Below are positions 1 through 8,121 of a stretch of 64,000 nucleotides of DNA, in pieces. Where the stretch lies: IMG/VR virus record IMGVR_UViG_3300046004_000518, positions 32,001 through 96,000 of that record, one strand, 5' to 3'. The notes beneath the pieces were generated by a model, which made no database searches, was not told where the DNA came from, and was given only the letters and a program-made list of their open reading frames with translations. This DNA is from a virus. Position 1 is the stretch's first letter. Each line of letters starts with the position of its first letter. A program made the position numbers and the translations under genes.

Positions 1-1179
1 ACTACTAGCACCAGCCAGGCCGCCAAAATATCCACCACCGCCACCACCACCAGTAGATGGACCTTCTGCTGAATCAGCACCTTGGCTTGTTCCGCCACTG
101 CCTCCGACTATCTGAGCATTGCCGCCAACTTTACCTTGAGTCCCAATTATACCACCACCTCCGCCACCGCCACCACCTGCAGCAACAGCAACTACCACAC
201 CGTTAACTGTGATAACAGTGGCTCCACCGCCACCACCACCGCGTCCTTCCCTAGATGCAGCACCGGCAGTGCCGCCGCTGAAATTAGTTGGACTAGTTAA
301 TCCTTTACCACCAGCATATCTTACTCCGGCGCCACCGACTGACACTACAACAATATCGCCCTGCGTTACTCTTATTTTTCTATTTGCATATCCGCCTGTT
401 CCGCCTGTTCCGCCTTGGCCGCCACCATACGAAGTGTATACCGGTTCGTACACTGGAGCATATACTGGTTCATATACTGCTTGTACTCCCTCGGGTACTG
501 CGGCCCACGACACAATAACTGTACCAGAACTACCTGCTGCACCCGATGATCCATATCCGCGCGGTGATCCTGACCCACCGGAACCAGCACCGATAGCAGA
601 AGATGCGCCTGGAGATACAGCTTTAACTGCTCTGTTTGCACCTCCGCCGCCACCTGCAGCCTTTACGATAGTTGCTCCGTTTACTGCAACAACAGTTGCT
701 GATCCTGCTCGTCCTGCCCTATCTGTGCCGCCGCCTTTTCCACCAGCACCTACAGTGGCAGTAATTATTTGGCCCGGTGTCACGGCTACAGTTGTTGTAG
801 CCAATTCCCCAGCTTGTCCGCCTAGTCCATATATATTATGATTCTTATCGCCACCATCAGAGCCGCCGCCTCCACCACCGCCACCAACGGCAGTTATGTT
901 AACGGATGTAACTCCTTTTGGAACAACTAACTCTTTACTTACAATTGCTTGCCCGGCAGCAACGCCCGCTCTTACTACAACCGTTCCAACTACTTGAGTT
1001 CCAGTTTGTACACTACCGACTTGGCGTGTCCCAGTCTGACGAGCAACCGTTTCACCAGCGGTGCCGCTTCCACCGCCACCGCCCCATAAGAAAAACTCAA
1101 GTGCGCTGACTCCTTGCGGAATAACGTAGATGTATGTACCAGGTATAGTATATTCTGTAGTTTGACTTATAAGACTCAT
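1..1179 (-). CDS. Glycine-rich virion/tail-associated protein (runs off the window edge; not in ORF track)
   Basis: ATG at 1179 overlaps the upstream TAA. Reads MSLISQTTEYTIPGTYIYVIPQGVSALEFFLWGGGGGSG..., with many GGGGG/GAGG runs typical of phage Gly-rich domains. The + strand Pro-rich ORFs are its antisense shadow. Confidence 0.8.
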   Translation of the reverse strand, partial: MSLISQTTEYTIPGTYIYVIPQGVSALEFFLWGGGGGSGTAGETVARQTGTRQVGSVQTGTQVVGTVVVRAGVAAGQAIVSKELVVPKGVTSVNITAVGGGGGGGGSDGGDKNHNIYGLGGQAGELATTTVAVTPGQIITATVGAGGKGGGTDRAGRAGSATVVAVNGATIVKAAGGGGGANRAVKAVSPGASSAIGAGSGGSGSPRGYGSSGAAGSSGTVIVSWAAVPEGVQAVYEPVYAPVYEPVYTSYGGGQGGTGGTGGYANRKIRVTQGDIVVVSVGGAGVRYAGGKGLTSPTNFSGGTAGAASREGRGGGGGGATVITVNGVVVAVAAGGGGGGGGGIIGTQGKVGGNAQIVGGSGGTSQGADSAEGPSTGGGGGGGYFGGLAGASS

Positions 1180-1868
1180 TAATCAGTTTCCTTGGTGTTG
1201 CAAATTGTGTCGTAATCTTGCATTGTTAGTGTATTACCTTCATGACTTAGAGCAATTAAACGTTCTGCTAAATCGTGTAAATCCGCATCTGTTTCGGCAT
1301 CTTCGCGAGCAAATTCAAATAAGCGTATTAATAGTGGAATATCGACACTAATAACATCTTGTGGATTAAATTCTTCCTTAACTGGTATCTCGCCGGTTAA
1401 CGGACCTGCCGCTGGAGTTGCTGCACCGCCACTTGCACCATCATCTGCGCTGTGCCATTGATCTGTGCCGTCATTCCATTGATCATTACCGTTGTGCCAT
1501 GCTGGATTATCACCGGCCCACGCATCTTCTTTAACGTGTTTAAAATAGTTAACCTGACGTTCACGTTTTTCAGCACCAGCTCGAGTTGGATATTTACCTA
1601 AGTTCTTACCAGTATGTGATTTAAGTTCATACTGGCTGCCCACTTTTACAATTGTTTCGTCTACAGGTTTAGCCAGTGCTGTTGCTTTTTGGTGAATACG
1701 TGTGCTGTATTCTTTACCATATTTGTTACGCAAATGCGTCATGTAATCAAAATATTCCTGACGTGCCTTAGTATCAGATAGTGCTCTATTCACTAGACCG
1801 TGTGCAGTAACAACATCTGCTACTTCATTATCTTCGTTAACTGCTGGATTAAAATCTTGTATACGCAT
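1179..1868 (-). CDS. Hypothetical, probable head-associated protein
   Basis: 229 aa ORF; modules separated by V-x-E motifs (VNED, VDET, VKED, VKEE); TAAATA upstream at 1897-1902. Confidence 0.7.
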   Translation of the reverse strand: MRIQDFNPAVNEDNEVADVVTAHGLVNRALSDTKARQEYFDYMTHLRNKYGKEYSTRIHQKATALAKPVDETIVKVGSQYELKSHTGKNLGKYPTRAGAEKRERQVNYFKHVKEDAWAGDNPAWHNGNDQWNDGTDQWHSADDGASGGAATPAAGPLTGEIPVKEEFNPQDVISVDIPLLIRLFEFAREDAETDADLHDLAERLIALSHEGNTLTMQDYDTICNTKETD

Positions 1869-1938
1869 AATTGCTCTCAGATTGACTCATATAAGATATT
1901 TATGCTAATTTAATTCTAAGTAAAACTTATAAAAAGAC

Positions 1939-1967
1939 TTGACTTTAACGGTAAAAGATAGTATAAT
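1939..1967 (+). promoter_or_regulatory. sigma70-type promoter
   Basis: TTGACT-17 bp-TATAAT upstream of ORF 2002. Confidence 0.8.
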
Positions 1968-2001
1968 AGCTATGTCTTTAATCAACCTATGAGTAAACTC
2001 A

Positions 2002-2448
2002 ATGACACAAATAGCAGAATTATTAAATGAAATTATCGGTGACCCAATTAACGGACCATATGAAGGTGAGGATTATTGGATTGACACTGATGGCACAATA
2101 CAAGTAGCTGAGAACAATGTTAAGTTGGCGGCCATAATTATGCGTCGAGCAAATAGTAGTGGATACTTTGATACTAAGTTAGTTAAAGTAGGCAACAAGG
2201 GTGATAGTATATTACTTGGCTTTGATACTATGGCTGACATTGAGCCGGTGTACACATCAAAAATTGGATTCAAACGTGATACCTTAGCCGAAGTAAAGCG
2301 AGATTTGGCTGGCAAGTTCTGTGTGTATCTTAATAAGAAACGTGCTAGTCGTATGTTTAGTAAACTATCAGCGGTTAAAGCGTATCTAAAGAAATTAGAC
2401 TTGGATTTACAAACAGACGGGCAAGAGCCAGAAGCACTAGACGATTAA
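2002..2448 (+). CDS. Hypothetical protein
   Basis: 148 aa ORF with its own promoter and a downstream hairpin. Confidence 0.7.
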   Translation: MTQIAELLNEIIGDPINGPYEGEDYWIDTDGTIQVAENNVKLAAIIMRRANSSGYFDTKLVKVGNKGDSILLGFDTMADIEPVYTSKIGFKRDTLAEVKRDLAGKFCVYLNKKRASRMFSKLSAVKAYLKKLDLDLQTDGQEPEALDD

Positions 2449-2463
2449 AGGGTTGCCCCTTTA
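2447..2463. terminator. Short hairpin between convergent genes
   Basis: aaaggg-ttgc-cccttt inverted repeat. Confidence 0.4.
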
Positions 2464-2466
2464 ATC

Positions 2467-5352
2467 TTATGGTGTTAGTTTAGCTTGATTTGCTATAGTT
2501 TTAAACTGTGATGCAAGTTTAGGATCTGCAGCGGCTTTGTTAAGCACACCCATTATTGGAGCAAGTGCTTTTACATCAGTTGATGTTGCTGTGCCTAACG
2601 TAGCTGAATCAAGTGCTTTATCCAATGTGGCCGGAGCAACCGTAGTGCCTGTTGCGGTTTTTAGTGTATTAGTTGCCGCAGCCGCTTTTGCTACAGCCGC
2701 TGGATCAGCTGGTTTAGCACCCGGTGTTGCGGTAGCTACTGTGGCTGCACCAGGAACTGCAAACTCTTTAACGGGCTTTTTTACAGCGGCTTTTTCCTTA
2801 CGTAAGCGTATTTGTTCTTGGCGTTCTGCTGGTGTAGGAACCTGAACATTCTGCATACGATCCATATTACCTAACTTAGTAGCAATAACTTTATGTCCAC
2901 GTGATTCTTTAAATTCACGCAACTTGCTTTGTAAGTCTGAATACTGTTGATTTAAACTGCCTAATCTACGTGCTAATTCATCTTTAAGTTGTGGATCTTG
3001 TGATGTAGTCGGATCCATTTGAATTTGTTGTAATGCACTACGTTTAGCCTGATAATCTTCTCGATCAAGTAATGGGGTTTCACTGCCTTCACCTAGACGA
3101 TTGCGACTAGCCGCACGTGCTGCCATACTGCTTACACCTGCTTGTGCTTGCTTTTTATCCTTCATAGGATCTTCATTCTTAACAGTTAAAATTTCATTAG
3201 AGAATTTAACTTTAGTAGGATTAATACTGTCAACATAGTGTTGAATAGCTGGACTATTGTTGTTAGCATCTACTAGATCTTTAAGTAAGAATGGTTGACT
3301 TGTAGCGGCTACTACCATATTAGTAATAACTTCTGGTGCAACTTCTGTATGTCCCTGTTGAATAAGTTCTTGTACTGCGGCCAACACAGCGCCTTCAACT
3401 GGATCGTTAGATTCAATACCTTCATTAATAGCACGGTAAGCTAAGTTCTTACCATAGTTAGATTGGATGTAGGCCATAGCGTGCCCTTTAGTTGGGAACA
3501 CTTTATCGGTGACTGGCTGACGTGTATCAAGGCTAACTACGTGATACCCTTTAGCTTCTGGTTCTTTTTGAGCATAAGGCGCATCTAATTTCTCTTGACG
3601 ATGTGCATCATATTCAGCATCTGGATCACGTTCAACTCTGGTACGCTCTTCAGGACCACTTTCCCAACCTTCTTCTACGTCTTTACTAACAGTATCATGA
3701 TAGTATTCGGCGCTTGCTACTTTTAAACCATTGGCTTCTGCGTACTGTTTAGCACCTTTATGTGTGCGGAATTTTTTCTTAACTGTTTTAGTTTTTGGAT
3801 CGTATACATAGAAATCGTTGTTCCAAGTAGTACGTGCTTCCACCACACCTTGATTTTGCTTTTTAATCCATGCATTGGCTTCTTCAGCTGATTTAAATGG
3901 ACCAGCAACACTTCCGCCTTGACCATCTTTAAATACACGCCAAACACCGTCTTTAGTTTCACGACCAGTGTAGTTTTCTGCTAGGTCTTTTACTAAACGT
4001 ACATCTTGTTTAAGCACTACTGCTTGCCCACCATCTTCTAAGTCTAGGTCAAGATATACACGATTTCTTAACTTGTCAGTTTTGATCTGACGAACATATC
4101 CAGTTTTACCAGCATCACGACCTTTAACGATAGTAACTTTTTTGTGTAGACCTTTGCTAGGACCACGACCTTCTGCCATGTTACCATGATCTACGTAAAA
4201 GCGTTCGTTGCTACTACCATTAGCCGCTGCATTGTCTTTAGCATTGTTTAAATTTTGTACCAATGATTCAATACTCTTTGGGTTAAGATTGATTTTTCTG
4301 TTACCACGTTCATGTTCGTATGATTTACCAGTTTCTAATGTGTAGCCATAGTATTCAATAAGTTCAGCTAACGTACCTGACTTACTACGCTCTCTACCAT
4401 TTCTTTCTGATGTTATTGAGTAAACATCAGCCGCACCTTCACCAACTTGTGTATAAGGATGTGGATCGTTTTCTTCTTCATCACGATTGCGATTACGCTC
4501 TTGTTCGGCATCAGTTGGAACTTCTTTAGGCCAAGGAATTGATTTTCTTTTTGCTGCACGTTGTTTAGCTTGAGATTTGGCAAATTCTTCCATACCTTCT
4601 CCTAATAAATCTTCGTCGTCATCATGATCCCAGCTATCGTCATCTTCTTCGTCATCATAGTCATCATCTTCTTCCGCAGGACCGTAGTCCATAACGTCTA
4701 AACTGTCCCAACCTTGGTTAGGGTGATAGTTACCATTGGCTTTAAGAGCAAACTCTGTAGCTTTGTGTGCTAGATCGTCGTAGCTGGTAACCGGACCAAT
4801 ATACTGTTCTAGTTGTCTATAACTTGCTTGGTTAAATTCATCACCATCATTGAAGTGACGATAGACAATTTTACTAGCCGCACGCAACACTTCACCTTCA
4901 ATAGTTTCTGCCGCACCCTGTGCCGGTACTAATTTTTCATATAGTGCTTCGTATTCTTTTTGTAATGCTCCGGTACCATTCCAGTAGGTACGTGGCTCAT
5001 CAGGTAAACTAACACGATCACTACCTGTGTTCCAACCTTCTTCAACAGTGGTATAACGTTTACTTGGCTTACCATGTTTAGTATATTCACGACCTGGTCT
5101 GCTACCTTTACGACTTGGACGTTTTTCTTCTACACCAATGTCATCTTCCATAAAATTAGCGTATGCTTCTGCTAATTCTTCTTCTTTAGTTTTAGGAGTA
5201 GGACCTTTAGCTAGATCTTTGATGATGCTATCTCCTACTAATTTTTTACCCGGGGTACCTTTGTCTGTACCCTTCCATTGCTCACCTGGTTTTTGTTCAG
5301 GCTCACCGGCAAATTTAGACATAGCTTCTAATAGTTTTCGCATCATACTCAT
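2467..5352 (-). CDS. Large modular putative internal head (poly)protein
   Basis: 961 aa; about 12 (V/L/I/M)-x-E-(G/A/S/N) motifs separate unrelated short domains; includes a KOW-like segment and an acidic tract. Confidence 0.65.
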   Translation of the reverse strand: MSMMRKLLEAMSKFAGEPEQKPGEQWKGTDKGTPGKKLVGDSIIKDLAKGPTPKTKEEELAEAYANFMEDDIGVEEKRPSRKGSRPGREYTKHGKPSKRYTTVEEGWNTGSDRVSLPDEPRTYWNGTGALQKEYEALYEKLVPAQGAAETIEGEVLRAASKIVYRHFNDGDEFNQASYRQLEQYIGPVTSYDDLAHKATEFALKANGNYHPNQGWDSLDVMDYGPAEEDDDYDDEEDDDSWDHDDDEDLLGEGMEEFAKSQAKQRAAKRKSIPWPKEVPTDAEQERNRNRDEEENDPHPYTQVGEGAADVYSITSERNGRERSKSGTLAELIEYYGYTLETGKSYEHERGNRKINLNPKSIESLVQNLNNAKDNAAANGSSNERFYVDHGNMAEGRGPSKGLHKKVTIVKGRDAGKTGYVRQIKTDKLRNRVYLDLDLEDGGQAVVLKQDVRLVKDLAENYTGRETKDGVWRVFKDGQGGSVAGPFKSAEEANAWIKKQNQGVVEARTTWNNDFYVYDPKTKTVKKKFRTHKGAKQYAEANGLKVASAEYYHDTVSKDVEEGWESGPEERTRVERDPDAEYDAHRQEKLDAPYAQKEPEAKGYHVVSLDTRQPVTDKVFPTKGHAMAYIQSNYGKNLAYRAINEGIESNDPVEGAVLAAVQELIQQGHTEVAPEVITNMVVAATSQPFLLKDLVDANNNSPAIQHYVDSINPTKVKFSNEILTVKNEDPMKDKKQAQAGVSSMAARAASRNRLGEGSETPLLDREDYQAKRSALQQIQMDPTTSQDPQLKDELARRLGSLNQQYSDLQSKLREFKESRGHKVIATKLGNMDRMQNVQVPTPAERQEQIRLRKEKAAVKKPVKEFAVPGAATVATATPGAKPADPAAVAKAAAATNTLKTATGTTVAPATLDKALDSATLGTATSTDVKALAPIMGVLNKAAADPKLASQFKTIANQAKLTP

Positions 5353-5516
5353 TTTGTTTTTCTCTTTTTAGGTTGTTTATACGTGCCACCAAACAATGTG
5401 CCCACTTTAGGACCTGTGCCTACACCTGGTACAGTAGCAATAGCGCCAGAGCTAGTTGCTCCGCTGGTTGCATCTTCGGTTAAGTCTGGTCGTTTGATAA
5501 TATCGGTTATTTTCAT
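5349..5516 (-). CDS. Small hypothetical virion protein (55 aa; not in ORF track)
   Basis: MKITDIIKRPDLTEDATSGATSSGAIATV...KKRKTK*; TAAATA 5 nt upstream of ATG. Confidence 0.65.
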   Translation of the reverse strand: MKITDIIKRPDLTEDATSGATSSGAIATVPGVGTGPKVGTLFGGTYKQPKKRKTK

Positions 5517-5524
5517 ATATGTAT

Positions 5525-5827
5525 TTATTGTAATGTAAAACTTATGGTATGTTCATTGATCTGTTCAACATTAAATGTTTGATTGACAATTTGTAAATTA
5601 CGCAGGGAGAATTGTGCTATGGAGTTGCTCTGAGAGATTATTTCAATTCTAGCAATATTGTTATTATTGTTAGGCATCACTATCCAGATATTTTCGTTAA
5701 TTAACGTTTTAGAATCCCAAATCCAAGTGCGTTCTGTTAATAAATCATCATTTATATACAATCGATAATTATTTTGTTCAACAGGATCTATACAATGTAC
5801 TTCTACTGTAAGATTTATTGCGTTCAT
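5525..5827 (-). CDS. Hypothetical protein
   Basis: 100 aa ORF in tight operon spacing. Confidence 0.65.
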   Translation of the reverse strand: MNAINLTVEVHCIDPVEQNNYRLYINDDLLTERTWIWDSKTLINENIWIVMPNNNNNIARIEIISQSNSIAQFSLRNLQIVNQTFNVEQINEHTISFTLQ

Positions 5828-5828
5828 A

Positions 5829-6563
5829 TTAGATTAAGCGTAATGCTTTGAGATTTTTATTAATAGCACCGGGTTTGATATCTACAGTAAGCGCACTGGC
5901 CCATCGTGGATCATTGGCTTCTTTCTTATTCTTTGGAATATAACCACTACATTCTGCTAATTCTGGATCTGCTAACATCATACCTTTACGCACTGCTTGG
6001 TATAAAGGTTCAGCTAGTTTACCTGCACCTGTTGCCTGCGCAAATGCTTGTAAGTCATTATTAGCCGCTGCCTCACGTGCTGAACTAGCACTAACACCTG
6101 CTATACCATCTGCATCAGGATCACGTTCACCACTAGAAACAAATTTAATATCATCAAACTTGTAGTAAGCACCATTAACACCTTCTACGCCATTGTACTT
6201 AGGTATCAATTCTTGGAAACTATCAATACGATCACTACCTGCAACCATTGTTATATTTCTATAACCCTTGGCATATAACCAATGAATAACGTCCATGATA
6301 GTTTTTATGTTAGTATCGTATACAACATGGCCTGCTTGATCTGGAAATAATGCTCGAACAAACTTAACTTTGGTAGCGTAATCTAACGGATTCTTTTTCT
6401 TATCTTGTGATTGGCTAACAAACACAAAGTAATCACCACCTTGACTAGCTTTGGCTACAGTGTTGATTAATTGTCCGTGCCCTACAGTAGGAGGATTCAT
6501 GCGGCCAAAACAAAATGCTGCATGTTTAGTAGTTGTTGATTCAAAAATTTCAGTGAGAAACAT
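5829..6563 (-). CDS. Cytidyltransferase-like (HIGH-class nucleotidyltransferase) protein
   Basis: FGRMNPPTVGH motif, KKNPL, VAGSDR, VSASSAR, as in the T4-like phage cytidyltransferase family. Confidence 0.8.
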   Translation of the reverse strand: MFLTEIFESTTTKHAAFCFGRMNPPTVGHGQLINTVAKASQGGDYFVFVSQSQDKKKNPLDYATKVKFVRALFPDQAGHVVYDTNIKTIMDVIHWLYAKGYRNITMVAGSDRIDSFQELIPKYNGVEGVNGAYYKFDDIKFVSSGERDPDADGIAGVSASSAREAAANNDLQAFAQATGAGKLAEPLYQAVRKGMMLADPELAECSGYIPKNKKEANDPRWASALTVDIKPGAINKNLKALRLI

Positions 6564-6593
6564 AGTAATCCTGTAGCTATTACTATATTTAGT

Positions 6594-7043
6594 TTATAAT
6601 TTTTCTAATAGCCAAATATAAAATGGACTAGAAAATTTAAGGGTATATGAACCATTCCAACCAAGGTTAACACATTCAGCTAACTCGGTTATTTCTTTGC
6701 CCTGATATTGTTGTGGTGTATCTAGTATAAATTTTGATTCGGACCATAATAATTCGCCGATTGATATATCATCAATAGTAATATCATTGATATTAAGCAA
6801 CATATCTTTAGTTACTTCGTTATTGGTAACTAAAGTGTCGCTATCAGTTTTATTTTCTAGTTTAATTCTGAGAGTATGTTCGCCCTCGTCAATCGTATGG
6901 GTAAATTTGTGAGTTTGCGGAGATTCACTAGAAATTTCAGTTTGTATAATAACCTTGTTATCAAGCCAGATAGAGAACTGTGGTTTTTTATTCCAATATG
7001 TTCCGCTAACTGTAACTGCAACTTCTAGTGATTCTTGTTCCAT
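6594..7043 (-). CDS. Hypothetical protein
   Basis: 149 aa ORF, beta-rich. Confidence 0.65.
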   Translation of the reverse strand: MEQESLEVAVTVSGTYWNKKPQFSIWLDNKVIIQTEISSESPQTHKFTHTIDEGEHTLRIKLENKTDSDTLVTNNEVTKDMLLNINDITIDDISIGELLWSESKFILDTPQQYQGKEITELAECVNLGWNGSYTLKFSSPFYIWLLEKL

Positions 7044-7045
7044 TT

Positions 7046-7873
7046 TTATACTGGGTGATGTTGTGCAGTTTGTGCGGCTTTAGCTGCAATTTGATCCGGT
7101 GTAATATCTGGCATAGTTGGTTTACCACCAGTTAATACACTTAAATCACCTGCAAACTCATAATGACCACAGTGGTTCAATAATACTTTAGCATGAGCAT
7201 AAATCTCACCTCCTAGAGCAGACCAACGACGACAGAATGTCCAGTCTTCACTTAGATAGTGACCTTTCTCATCAATTTCTGTGTCAAACAATGAGTACAT
7301 AAATGGCTCGTATTGTTTACCAAGACCAACATCATCTACATATTTTGTATCAGTACCGTATGCTTCGATCATTTTTTCAACAACTGTTTTCTTAAACATC
7401 ATAAAACCAGTGCCCATAGTATCAACTGGGAAAATATCGTTAACAATCTGTGTACCTGGCTTAACGTTAATTACATAAGAAATTGGCAATGCTTTCTTAG
7501 GATATAGTCCACCAATGATGTCTTTTTCACATAACAACATTTGGAAAATACTTTCTGGTTGGAATCTAATATCAGCATCAATAAACATAAAATGTGTGGC
7601 TTTTTCGTTAGTCATCATTTTAGCAACTAAGTTGTTACGAGCACGGGTTACCAATGACTCGTTAACCATAGTATCTAATGACCATTGTAAACCAACACGT
7701 TGCGCCATAAGAATGAAACGTAGGAAACTTGTAAATGTTGGTTCGTTAATCATACCACCGTAACATGGGATAGCAAAGTGAATATGATATTTGCTAAAAT
7801 CTGGTTGTGCTTGTTGTGCTTGTGGTAGCGTGGCATTCATCGCCGGCTGATTAGGTTTAATACGTTTTGCCAT
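7046..7873 (-). CDS. Glycosyltransferase (GT-A fold, GT2-like)
   Basis: AIPCYGG, ESLVTRARN, FIDADI (DxD), GTGFM, LSEDWTFC. Confidence 0.8.
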   Translation of the reverse strand: MAKRIKPNQPAMNATLPQAQQAQPDFSKYHIHFAIPCYGGMINEPTFTSFLRFILMAQRVGLQWSLDTMVNESLVTRARNNLVAKMMTNEKATHFMFIDADIRFQPESIFQMLLCEKDIIGGLYPKKALPISYVINVKPGTQIVNDIFPVDTMGTGFMMFKKTVVEKMIEAYGTDTKYVDDVGLGKQYEPFMYSLFDTEIDEKGHYLSEDWTFCRRWSALGGEIYAHAKVLLNHCGHYEFAGDLSVLTGGKPTMPDITPDQIAAKAAQTAQHHPV

Positions 7874-7899
7874 TGAAAATCTCTCTTTATTGAATTAAA

Positions 7900-8064
7900 T
7901 TATGCTCTTTCGATTTCTACTAATGTGCCTGCGCCCGCAAGCTCTTCTACTACTGCTTCGAGACTATGCAATATATCATTGCTGATAATCTCTGTTGAGT
8001 TTTCGCTGTCTTTCAACAGTTTACTTACTTTGATTACTAATACTTCTTCTTGTAATTTTGCCAT
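7900..8064 (-). CDS. Small hypothetical protein (54 aa; not in ORF track)
   Basis: MAKLQEEVLVIKVSKLLKD...LVEIERA*, AAGGA RBS. Confidence 0.7.
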   Translation of the reverse strand: MAKLQEEVLVIKVSKLLKDSENSTEIISNDILHSLEAVVEELAGAGTLVEIERA

Positions 8065-8121
8065 GATATATCCTTATAATAGCTGTATATAATTATTTAT
8101 CATGGCAAATACTAATACAAA

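Noticed and set aside
82-1109. Pro-rich + strand ORFs (209-841 etc.)
   Set aside because: Antisense shadows of the Gly-rich minus-strand gene
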